From NCBI GenBank assembly GCA_023653075.1, contig JAMNXQ010000005.1:13925-77924 (forward strand): DNA of 64,000 nt, read 5' to 3'. Shown piece after piece: positions 19,530-28,104 of the stretch. How positions within the stretch are numbered: the first letter of the stretch is position 1; each line of letters starts with the position of its first letter. The stretch comes from Algoriphagus sp. (GTDB taxonomy: Bacteria; Bacteroidota; Bacteroidia; Cytophagales; Cyclobacteriaceae). Made by a program: the position numbers and the translations under genes. The notes beneath the pieces are model-generated. The model searched no databases. It was not told where the DNA came from and worked only from the letters and a program-made list of their open reading frames with translations.

Positions 19530-19781
19530 GGGTATGTAGAGGTTTTAGTATGCTAAACTAACAAAAAAAGTAGCGGGTTGTTTGGTCGCCAAAGAAAAAG
19601 CCCTTCGACTGATTTTTATCAGTATTTGACGATTGCTTATCTCCTACCTTGGCGCAGCGTAACAGGAGATGAAAAATTATCCAGCGTTGCCTATCCAAAC
19701 AGCGCTGCATTTGCTGGCTCAACGTTCTTTTTTAATGCACTAGCCGACGTACTTTTTTTACACCTATAAAACCAAATCTGT

Positions 19782-20540
19782 ATGAAAAAACTAGAAAACA
19801 CCTGTGCCCTTGTTACTGGAGCTGCTTCTGGAATAGGAAAAGCCATTGCACTGCTCTTTGCCCAGGAAGGTGCCAAGGTGGTGGTGGCTGACCGGGATGC
19901 TGTCGCCGCTGAGGCGGTGGCCCATCAGATCCGGCAGCACGGAGGGCATGCTTTGGGCTTGGCTTGCGACGTATCCGATCAGCAGCAAGTGGAGCGCCTC
20001 CTAGAAGCTACGCTACAGGAGTACGGCAGCCTGGATGTGCTGGTCAACAATGCGGGTATCATGGACAACTTCATGCCCTTGGACAAGGTGACGGACGCCC
20101 TTTGGGAAAAAATCATGGCTGTGAATGTCAACGGCCCTTTTTATGCCTGCAGGCTAGCCATCGTGCAGATGCTGAAGCAAGGAAAAGGCAGCATAATCAA
20201 CATTGCCTCTGTGGGAGGCGTAGCGGGAGCTCGTGCTGGGTTGGCCTATACCACCTCCAAACATGCCCTGGTGGGGATGAGCAAAAACATCGGCTTCATG
20301 TATGCCCAAAAGGGCATTCGTTGCAATGCAATTGCTCCGGGAGGAGTGACTACTCACATCATGGATGAGGCCGAACCCGATCCGGAGGGAGCATCACTTT
20401 GTAGCAGCGGCGCAGGATCCATGCCTAGAATGGGCGAAGCAGATGAAATTGCCAGAGTAGCTCTATTTCTTGCTTGCGAGGATGCTTCCTTTGTCAATGG
20501 AGAAACGCTCGTTGCCGATGGGGGATGGTTGGCGTACTAG
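19782..20540 (+). CDS. SDR family oxidoreductase
   Basis: TGAASGIG, NNAGI, YTTSK, DGG. Confidence 0.92.
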   Translation: MKKLENTCALVTGAASGIGKAIALLFAQEGAKVVVADRDAVAAEAVAHQIRQHGGHALGLACDVSDQQQVERLLEATLQEYGSLDVLVNNAGIMDNFMPLDKVTDALWEKIMAVNVNGPFYACRLAIVQMLKQGKGSIINIASVGGVAGARAGLAYTTSKHALVGMSKNIGFMYAQKGIRCNAIAPGGVTTHIMDEAEPDPEGASLCSSGAGSMPRMGEADEIARVALFLACEDASFVNGETLVADGGWLAY

Positions 20541-20678
20541 GCGATCACTGATTTAAGTGAATCATCCATTCGAATCGAAAATGGAGGAGTTAAACCAGAA
20601 AATAAGAAATAAGTAAAATTCCCTTTCTATCTTAGAAGGGACAAGCATTCCTTAATTCTGGTAACTTCATCTTAGCCT

Positions 20679-21638
20679 ATGTCCTATTTTTCCCTCCGCG
20701 CACTGACCAAATCCTACGATTCACACGCTGCCTTACAGGAATTTAGTTTGGAGCTAGCCAAGGGAGAGTTTGTCTCCATCATTGGGGAAAGTGGCTCTGG
20801 CAAAAGTACTCTGCTCCGCATCGCTGCGGGACTATTGACTCAGAGCTCTGGTGAGGTGTTATTGAACGGGAAAAAAATTGAAAATCCCGCGGAAAAATTG
20901 GTGCCTGGTTACGATGAGATCAAACTGATCCACCAGGATTACCAACTCTTTCCCAATACCACGGTCGAAGAAAACATTACCCGTCCGCTGTTGAATTACG
21001 AAGAAAACTATCGTAAACAACGCATCGCACACTTGTTGGATCGGCTTGGCTTGACTCCCTACAAGGATCGCCTTCCACGGCAGCTCAGTGGGGGGCAGCA
21101 GCAGAAGGTGGCCATCGCGCAAGCCTTGGCTGTAGAGCCGGAGGTGTTGCTTTTGGACGAGCCCTTCAGCCATCTAGATGCCATTCAAAAGCGGAAGCTG
21201 ATCTACGAATTGAAGGAGTTGCTTCGGGAGATGGAAACTACCGTGATCTTTGTGACCCATGACTTGGACGATGCGCTTTGGCTTACGGATTCCTTAGTGG
21301 TCCTTCAAAAAGGGAAAGTCACTCAAAAGGGGAATTCTAAGGCGCTTTGTGAGCAACCCAAATCGAAGTATGTGGCACGTCTTTTTTCGTCCATCAATGC
21401 CCTCCCAGACCGAGAGCAAGCCTTTATCCGACCAGCAGACGTTCGTATTCGTACCCGAGGCGGTTTCGTAGGGCATGTGGTTGAACAACGATTTTTAGTG
21501 CATTACAACAGTCTTCTGATTCGCTTAAAAGAAGGAGGGCAGCTGTGGGAGGTGGATGATCCAGCCAGAAAATACCAGATCGGGGACCGAGTTTACCTGC
21601 ATATTCAAGAAGAAAAAGTATTGGTGCTGAAATCTTAA
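20679..21638 (+). CDS. ABC transporter ATP-binding protein (FbpC/PotA-like, orphan)
   Basis: GESGSGKS, LSGGQQQ, LLLDEPF, VTHD. Confidence 0.9.
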   Translation: MSYFSLRALTKSYDSHAALQEFSLELAKGEFVSIIGESGSGKSTLLRIAAGLLTQSSGEVLLNGKKIENPAEKLVPGYDEIKLIHQDYQLFPNTTVEENITRPLLNYEENYRKQRIAHLLDRLGLTPYKDRLPRQLSGGQQQKVAIAQALAVEPEVLLLDEPFSHLDAIQKRKLIYELKELLREMETTVIFVTHDLDDALWLTDSLVVLQKGKVTQKGNSKALCEQPKSKYVARLFSSINALPDREQAFIRPADVRIRTRGGFVGHVVEQRFLVHYNSLLIRLKEGGQLWEVDDPARKYQIGDRVYLHIQEEKVLVLKS

Positions 21639-21648
21639 ATCTTAGCTC

Positions 21649-21690
21649 AAAAAAAATCCCGCCATTCGAATCTGATGGCGGGATTTTTTT
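21649..21690. terminator. Bidirectional intrinsic terminator
   Basis: A8-tcccgccat...atggcggga-T7 between convergent genes. Confidence 0.9.
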
Positions 21691-21706
21691 GCTTTTGGGT
21701 TATGGC

Positions 21707-22231
21707 TTAGGCTTCAGGATCTGTTGCTCCTTCCACATGCCCTTGCTCCAGTTCCTTTTTGGTGGCTTTGCGTACCTCGATGACCTTGCCCTCAAAGTGC
21801 AGGTCAAAGCCTACCAAGGGATGGTTGAAGTCCAACAACAATTCCTCACCTAAATTTTTCAAAACCTTCGCCTGCATGGGATAGCCATTTTCGTCGACTA
21901 GCGGAAGAAAGTTGCCCTCCTCCAGCATGGATGGGCTAAACCCGCGCTCTTTGGAAAACTGATCCACAGGAAGTGTTACCAACAGTTCCTCGTCTGCTTC
22001 GCCGTAGGCTTCTGCCGTAGTCAAGGTGAAGGAAAACTCGTCTTTCAATTTCTTGCCTTGGAGTAATTCTTCAAATTTTTCAGGTAAGCCACTCTGGCCA
22101 AATAGGAAATAAAAGGGGTCATCCTCTTCTCGAACTTCCACACTAAAAGGTGCGGATTCGATTTCATCTTCTTCCTTACTTACCTTGAGTTCGTAGGTAA
22201 GCCCTACCACCGTACCGGCTTTGATATCCAT
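21707..22231 (-). CDS. slyD: FKBP-type peptidyl-prolyl isomerase, SlyD-like
   Basis: EAYG, DFNHPLVGFDLHF, RKAT..ELEQGHV. Confidence 0.85.
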   Translation of the reverse strand: MDIKAGTVVGLTYELKVSKEEDEIESAPFSVEVREEDDPFYFLFGQSGLPEKFEELLQGKKLKDEFSFTLTTAEAYGEADEELLVTLPVDQFSKERGFSPSMLEEGNFLPLVDENGYPMQAKVLKNLGEELLLDFNHPLVGFDLHFEGKVIEVRKATKKELEQGHVEGATDPEA

Positions 22232-22242
22232 GGGTATGTTGA

Positions 22243-22968
22243 TTAACTGCTGATTCCGTATTTCAAACGGATTAGAATTCGTTCTTTAAGAACCTGCCAC
22301 TTGTTTTTCGCGGTGGATTGCTGAACAGGTTTGTGGGCACGGAACACAAAATATTGGTAATCCTTTTCTTCAAAAAAGAGGGCGTAAGTCTCCATTTTTT
22401 CTAAGTAGAAACCAGAAGCTCCCAAGGTCTGAACCAGGACCCCCGTGTCAAGCGGCTGGTCAATTACCTGCAGTTTCTCCGGTTGATTGGCAATCATCCA
22501 TTCCAAGTACCGCGGTGCAGGAATGTGAATCAGGACCACTGAATCTGCGTGGGCATGGCGCTGAATGTTTTCAAACAAGCGTGCATGTTGACCTACTGGA
22601 ATGTGTTCCAATACGTCGGGAAACACAAAAAAATCGAAGGTTTCTCCCGGGAGGTTGAAGTCAGACATATCTGAGACATCAAACTTGAGGTTGTTTTGCT
22701 TTTTCCAAAGCACTCGAGCCTTTTCAATACTTTCTGGAGAAATATCTACTGCTAGTACCTTTCCTTGGGGGACCTGAGTTGCTAATAGGTGGGAAACGGT
22801 ACCGATGCCACAGCCTACCTCCAGAATCCGGTGATTGGATTTCAGTCCAGCCTGCTTTGCCTTATCCAGGATACTCAAATGCCTGGAGTTGATGCCTGTT
22901 TTTTCTTGCTTCTCGGCAAACTGGTCGTAGAAGCGAACGACTTTATCTTGTTCTTCAGCGGCTTGCAT
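22243..22968 (-). CDS. Class I SAM-dependent methyltransferase
   Basis: ILEVGCGIG, AVDIS, DVLEHIP. Confidence 0.88.
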   Translation of the reverse strand: MQAAEEQDKVVRFYDQFAEKQEKTGINSRHLSILDKAKQAGLKSNHRILEVGCGIGTVSHLLATQVPQGKVLAVDISPESIEKARVLWKKQNNLKFDVSDMSDFNLPGETFDFFVFPDVLEHIPVGQHARLFENIQRHAHADSVVLIHIPAPRYLEWMIANQPEKLQVIDQPLDTGVLVQTLGASGFYLEKMETYALFFEEKDYQYFVFRAHKPVQQSTAKNKWQVLKERILIRLKYGISS

Positions 22969-25369
22969 CTGATTTTTTGTAAGTGGTAACTAGTCCAGCG
23001 ATCAACAAAATCACCAATGCATATTGGAATAGGATCATGGGTGTCTTGGTAGCGGTGTAACTCGCAGGGGCAAAGGTAAAGACAATTTCGTGAGTTCCCG
23101 CAGGAAGCGAAAGGCCACGGAGCAAGTAGTTGGTGCGAAGGATGGGAACCTCCTTGCCGTCTACTTTTGCAGTCCAGCCTGCTGGGTAATAGATCTCCGA
23201 AAACACGCCCAATCCGGCCTTGGTCATTTCTGCGCGGTAGCTCATTTCGTTCGGTGAATGCTTGGTCAGCGTGATGGTACCTGCTCCCGCAGCTTGCTCC
23301 CCAAATTCCTTGGTGTTGATGGTTGCTTGCGCTTTGGTATCGATGGTGCCCAATTTGTCTATTTCCTCTTTGTTGCTTCCTACTGGAAGGAGTTGGCCAG
23401 GTACCCAAGCAGGGCCATTTGCTTCTGGGTTTTCAAATACGGCATTGGGCTCCGCTCCTGCGATCAGGTACTTCGTGTTGAGCATGTTGATCGTCCCAAT
23501 GGCCGCCCAATCAAAGTTGCCTTCCTGAGCTTTTTTGATAAAGTCTTGTAGTTCAAACTCCAATCGGTAATCCACCAAATCCTGGTAGCGACGTAGTTTG
23601 GCGCCATGGTAGCCACCTAGGCTATTGAATCGGTAGCTGGTGCGTGCTCCTTGGGTGAGTCCTTCTGTGAGCGGCAGCACTCGGAAGTACCCTTTGTCTG
23701 CGGCTATGGATTTTTCCGCAGGGGTTTCCGCGAAAAACTCCCGAGAAGGATTGCCTTTGAAGGAATCGCCATTGAGGTAGCGACGATTGATGGTCCACAC
23801 ATCTAGCGTGATTAAGACGATTAAACCCATGCCCAAGATGCTTTCAGAGATTTTGCCCTTGAGGTAAAAGAAAATTGCCCCAATCGCAAGTGCTACAAAG
23901 GCGAAGCTTTTCCAAGCGGAGGAAGCGAGTAGGTCCTTGCGATCGGATTGCAGGGCGCTTACCAACCAATCTGGGTAATTCACGTCACCTGCTCCTTCAA
24001 AACGGAAAAATGCACTTCCCATAACAGCAAGAAGCAGGGTAATACCTGCTACTATTCCTCCCGAAATCAATAGGGGCTTCAAGGCTTTGGTTTGGGTCAA
24101 TTTTTCCAAGGCGATCATGCCTAGGACAGGAATGGCGAAAAGCGTCATGCCCAAAGCCATGGATACGGCTCTAAACTTGTTGTAACCAGGTAAAATATCA
24201 AACAAGGTGTAGTTGAACCAGGCCAGGTTTTTGCCCCAGCTGAGCATCAGTGAGAGCACAATGATGGATCCAAAAGTGATCAGACTTGCGCGAGGCGCTA
24301 CCCAGATGCCCAAGATGGCTAGGAATACCAGGATCACACTTCCGTAAATGGGCCCTCCTGTGAAGGGTTGATCTCCCCAGTAGGTAGGGGCACCTTTCAC
24401 AAAATCATTGATTTGGGCGGGTTCCAATCCTTGGGAACGTAGTGCTTTCTCGGAAGCAGAGTCTTTGGGAAGCGGGGTGGTGCTTCCACCTCCGTAAAAG
24501 TCAGGCACTAGGAGGGTCATGCTTTCCACAATACCATTGGACCAGCCAAATGCATATTCTTTGTCGAGACCTGCTCCGGCGGTTTCGATGGTGGCCTTTC
24601 CTCTTGTGGAGTAAGGGCTGTAGTCCAAGGCCGTAGCGATTCTACTCAAATTTCCTCCTACACCTAGGATGGCTCCCAAGCACAAAAGAGCAAGGGTTTT
24701 GGATAGGCTTCCGAGACCTTCTTTTTTCCAATCATACGCAAGTCGAGTAATGACATAGACCACCGCGATGATTAGGGTGTAATAGGTGATTTGAAGGTGG
24801 TTGAATTTTAGTTGCAGCAGGAGCCCAAGTCCAAGGAGTGCTGCTCCAAGGAGTCGCTTGCGATCGAAGGCCAGATGAATGCCCGCCAAGATTAATGGGA
24901 TCAAGCAAACGGCCCAGATTTTGGCATTGTGGCCGGCCTCCAGCGAAAGCAGGTTGTAGGTGTTGAAGGAAAAAGCGATGGCGCCTGCCACGGAAAAAAT
25001 CGGGCGCACCCCAAAGCTGAGCAGTAAAATGTACATGGCCAGCATTCCGAAAAATAGGCCATTGATGGGGTGAGGTAGGCCGAGGGTGAGGATGGAGATG
25101 GCTAGGTTAGTGATGTCTCCAGCAAATTCCAAGCTGATGAAGTAGGTGGGCATCCCGCCAAACATGCGGTTGGTCCAGAGGGCTTGTTCTCCCGTAGCTG
25201 CTCGGTAATCGAGCACTTCCTTGGCCGAGCCTTCCCATTGCAGGATGTCACCTTGAAAGATGATTTGCCCATCAAATACGAGTGGAGAAAAGTACCCCAC
25301 CACAAGCAAGTAGAAAAATACGATGCCGAGGAGGTGAGGCAGAATGTCTTTTTGAAATTGAAGCTTCAT
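22955..25369 (-). CDS. YfhO family polytopic membrane protein (GT-C-like)
   Basis: WTNRMFGGMP, HLQITYY, YWGDQPFT, YNKFRA, GGYHGAKL, FSEIYYPAGW; start placed at MKLQFQ. Confidence 0.88.
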   Translation of the reverse strand: MKLQFQKDILPHLLGIVFFYLLVVGYFSPLVFDGQIIFQGDILQWEGSAKEVLDYRAATGEQALWTNRMFGGMPTYFISLEFAGDITNLAISILTLGLPHPINGLFFGMLAMYILLLSFGVRPIFSVAGAIAFSFNTYNLLSLEAGHNAKIWAVCLIPLILAGIHLAFDRKRLLGAALLGLGLLLQLKFNHLQITYYTLIIAVVYVITRLAYDWKKEGLGSLSKTLALLCLGAILGVGGNLSRIATALDYSPYSTRGKATIETAGAGLDKEYAFGWSNGIVESMTLLVPDFYGGGSTTPLPKDSASEKALRSQGLEPAQINDFVKGAPTYWGDQPFTGGPIYGSVILVFLAILGIWVAPRASLITFGSIIVLSLMLSWGKNLAWFNYTLFDILPGYNKFRAVSMALGMTLFAIPVLGMIALEKLTQTKALKPLLISGGIVAGITLLLAVMGSAFFRFEGAGDVNYPDWLVSALQSDRKDLLASSAWKSFAFVALAIGAIFFYLKGKISESILGMGLIVLITLDVWTINRRYLNGDSFKGNPSREFFAETPAEKSIAADKGYFRVLPLTEGLTQGARTSYRFNSLGGYHGAKLRRYQDLVDYRLEFELQDFIKKAQEGNFDWAAIGTINMLNTKYLIAGAEPNAVFENPEANGPAWVPGQLLPVGSNKEEIDKLGTIDTKAQATINTKEFGEQAAGAGTITLTKHSPNEMSYRAEMTKAGLGVFSEIYYPAGWTAKVDGKEVPILRTNYLLRGLSLPAGTHEIVFTFAPASYTATKTPMILFQYALVILLIAGLVTTYKKSDASR

Positions 25370-25529
25370 GCAGGAGTTCAGCGATTTGAACCGCAAATTA
25401 AGTAATTCGAGGGAAAGGCCGTTAGGGAGCTGCTTACCTTTTTCGTGTCAGGTTCCAAAGGAGGCACAAAGCGCCTTTTAAGTTCACTTAAATCCCAAGG
25501 AGAATTGTCGAGTAAAGCTTCAAATTCAT

Positions 25530-25537
25530 TACTTTTG
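25530..25537 (+). promoter_or_regulatory. Bacteroidetes sigma70 -7 box upstream of ffh
   Basis: TACTTTTG matches TAnnTTTG, 22 nt before the ATG. Confidence 0.6.
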
Positions 25538-25559
25538 CATGAAATAGCCGTAAAGCAGC

Positions 25560-26900
25560 ATGTTTGATAATTTAAGTTTGAAGCTTGACCGGGCGTTCAA
25601 GACTCTGAAAGGCACCGGAAAAATCACCGAAATCAACGTCGCATCTACTGTAAAGGAGATTCGTAGAGCCTTGATTGATGCCGACGTCAACTATAAAGTG
25701 GCCAAGGAAGTCACCGACAAAATCAAGGACGAGGCCATGGGTCGAGACGTCTTGATCTCGGTTTCCCCAGGACAGCTTTTGGTAAAAATCACCCAAGAGG
25801 AGCTGACCAAATTGATGGGCAACACCAAGGTGGACATCAAGCTTAGTGGTGATCCATCTGTGATCCTGATTGCAGGTCTTCAAGGCTCGGGTAAGACCAC
25901 CTTCACGGGCAAACTAGGAAGTTTACTGAAGCGACAAGGGCGTCAAGTGCTACTTGTAGCTTGCGATATTTACCGTCCTGCAGCGATTGACCAGCTCAAG
26001 GTGTTGGGTGAGCAGATCGGAGTAGAGGTCTATGCAGAGCCAGAAAATAAAAATGCACTTCAAATCGCAAACAATGCCATTGCATACGCCAAAAAATCAG
26101 GCAAAAAGACCGTAGTAGTTGATACCGCCGGTCGTTTGGCGGTGGATGAGGCGATGATGCAGGAGATTGAGCAACTTAAGAAAGCGCTCAGTCCATCCGA
26201 AACACTTTTTGTGGTCGATTCCATGACGGGTCAGGATGCAGTAAATACTGCGAAGACCTTTGACGAGAGACTCGATTTTGATGGGGTGGTCTTGACCAAA
26301 TTGGATGGTGATACCCGAGGGGGTGCCGCTATTTCCATTCGCCACGTAGTCAATAAGCCGATCAAGTTTATCTCTACGGGGGAAAAGATGGAAAACCTAG
26401 ACGTATTCCATCCGGACCGTATGGCCCAGCGAATTTTGGGCATGGGGGACGTGATTTCCTTGGTAGAGCGTGCACAGCAGTCCTTTGACGAGGACGAGGC
26501 CAAGCGTTTGAATGCGAAAATGCGCCAGAATAATTTCAACTTTGACGACTTTCTGTCTCAGTTGGAGCAAGTGAAGAAGATGGGTAATATCAAGGACTTG
26601 ATGGGAATGATCCCTGGGATGGGAAAAGCTATGAAGGGATTGGATATCGATGACGATTCGTTCAAGCCTGTGGAAGCAATCATTCGAAGCATGACTCCAA
26701 AAGAGCGTCAAAACCCAGATATCATCGATGGCAGACGAAGAAAACGAATTGCGGATGGCTCGGGAAGAAACATCACCGAAGTCAATAATTTGATGAAGCA
26801 GTTTGAGGACATGCGCAAGATGATGAAGCAAATGAATAAAATGGGTGGTGCCAAGGCGGCGATGGGTAAGCTGATGCCTCCTGGGATGGGGAAGAGGTAA
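25560..26900 (+). CDS. ffh: Signal recognition particle protein
   Basis: GLQGSGKTT, DIYRPAA, DTAGR, TKLDGD, Met-rich M domain. Confidence 0.98.
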   Translation: MFDNLSLKLDRAFKTLKGTGKITEINVASTVKEIRRALIDADVNYKVAKEVTDKIKDEAMGRDVLISVSPGQLLVKITQEELTKLMGNTKVDIKLSGDPSVILIAGLQGSGKTTFTGKLGSLLKRQGRQVLLVACDIYRPAAIDQLKVLGEQIGVEVYAEPENKNALQIANNAIAYAKKSGKKTVVVDTAGRLAVDEAMMQEIEQLKKALSPSETLFVVDSMTGQDAVNTAKTFDERLDFDGVVLTKLDGDTRGGAAISIRHVVNKPIKFISTGEKMENLDVFHPDRMAQRILGMGDVISLVERAQQSFDEDEAKRLNAKMRQNNFNFDDFLSQLEQVKKMGNIKDLMGMIPGMGKAMKGLDIDDDSFKPVEAIIRSMTPKERQNPDIIDGRRRKRIADGSGRNITEVNNLMKQFEDMRKMMKQMNKMGGAKAAMGKLMPPGMGKR

Positions 26901-26966
26901 CTAGTAGCAAGTAACTAGTAACTAGTATCAAGAAGCAAGAGCCGAGAAGCAAGAGATTAGACAGAC
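26901..26966 (+). repeat. Degenerate heptamer tandem tract directly after the ffh stop
   Basis: ctagtag caagtaa ctagtaa ctagtat caagaag caagagc cgagaag caagaga ttagac. Confidence 0.85.
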
Positions 26967-27032
26967 TAGGATGCCTAATGACACTAGAAAACTAGTTTCC
27001 CAAATTCAACATTCTTCAATCGGCGTTGGACA

Positions 27033-27355
27033 TTCGACATTAGGGAGAAGCAAGAGATTAGATTCAAGAAACAAGATTGAATCCTGGTCCATAGGCAGAA
27101 TTTTTATATCAACAGAACTGAGTCTAATTTCTTGTTTCTTGCATCTTGTGTCTAGAGTGATTGATACATTGTACCTTCCTTCTCCATCTGCACTGAGCAT
27201 TCAGCGTTCGACATTAGGGAGAAGCAAGAGATTAGATTCAAGAAACAAGATTGAATCATGGTCCTTAGGCAGAATTTTTATATCAACAGAACTGAGTCTA
27301 ATTTCTTGTTTCTTGCATCTTGTGTCTAGAGTGATTGATACATTGTACCTTCCTT
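27033..27355 (+). repeat. Tandem duplication of repeat family A (149-bp copies, 174-bp period)
   Basis: 27033-27181 and 27207-27355 differ at 2 positions. Confidence 0.97.
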
Positions 27356-27400
27356 TTCGGCATTCGAAAAAGTTCACGATTTAAATCCCTACCCACTCCT

Positions 27401-28030
27401 GTGAAACGCATTGCCTTAGACCTGCATTACTTTCCTTGCCTGGAGTACTTTACTGTACTGCGTGGGGTGGAGGAAGTATTTTTATCTCCCGGTGATCGCT
27501 ACACGCGCCAATCTTACTTCAATCGAACGGAGATTTTGCTGGCCAACAAGGCTCATACCTTGAGTGTACCCATCCAAGGAAGGCGACCTCGCATCCCTTT
27601 AACAGAAGTTCGGATAGATTCGGAGCAGAAATGGGTGATGAACCACCTCCGTGGAATTCAAAGCGGGTACGGAAAGGCACCTTTCTTTGAATATTTCTTC
27701 CCTTATTTTGAAGAGGCACTCAGTCGCGAGGAATCGCATCTTTGGGCCTTGAATTTGAATTTGCTGACAATCTGTCTGAAGTTACTTCGCTGGCCTGTCA
27801 AACTAACCCTTGTGGATCAAGAAGGGCTTCCGGCGGATGTAATCGACCTAAGGGGGCAAATTGTGCCCTCAGGCAGCTATTTGGACCGTCCCTTTTATCA
27901 GGAAGCACCTTATGGGCAAATTTTTGGCCTAAACTTTGTCCCTAACCTTTCCATACTCGATCTATTGTTTTGCTTGGGGACTGAGTCGGATAGCTGGCTT
28001 GCGAAATCTCAAAAAAAACACGAACAATAA
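27401..28030 (+). CDS. WbqC family protein
   Basis: YFPCLEYF, QSYFNRTEI, LSVPI, YGKAPFFEY, PNLSILDLLF; GTG start chosen downstream of the repeat. Confidence 0.88.
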   Translation: MKRIALDLHYFPCLEYFTVLRGVEEVFLSPGDRYTRQSYFNRTEILLANKAHTLSVPIQGRRPRIPLTEVRIDSEQKWVMNHLRGIQSGYGKAPFFEYFFPYFEEALSREESHLWALNLNLLTICLKLLRWPVKLTLVDQEGLPADVIDLRGQIVPSGSYLDRPFYQEAPYGQIFGLNFVPNLSILDLLFCLGTESDSWLAKSQKKHEQ

Positions 28031-28104
28031 CCGAAGCGATTGTGTTTTTAAAACAAATTCGGTAACATAGTACATCATTCATCATACAATCAGAAAAGGG
28101 TTAA

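Noticed and set aside
27033-27355. Possible CRISPR array
   Set aside because: Only two 149-bp repeats with a 25-bp gap, which is the wrong geometry, and no cas genes
26971-27384. 137-aa ORF with an internal 58-aa duplication, and its antisense ORF 27006-27200
   Set aside because: It is a translation of the 174-bp tandem repeat, and the homologous 11.3 kb copy carries indels. Coding is unlikely, though not excluded without Ribo-seq
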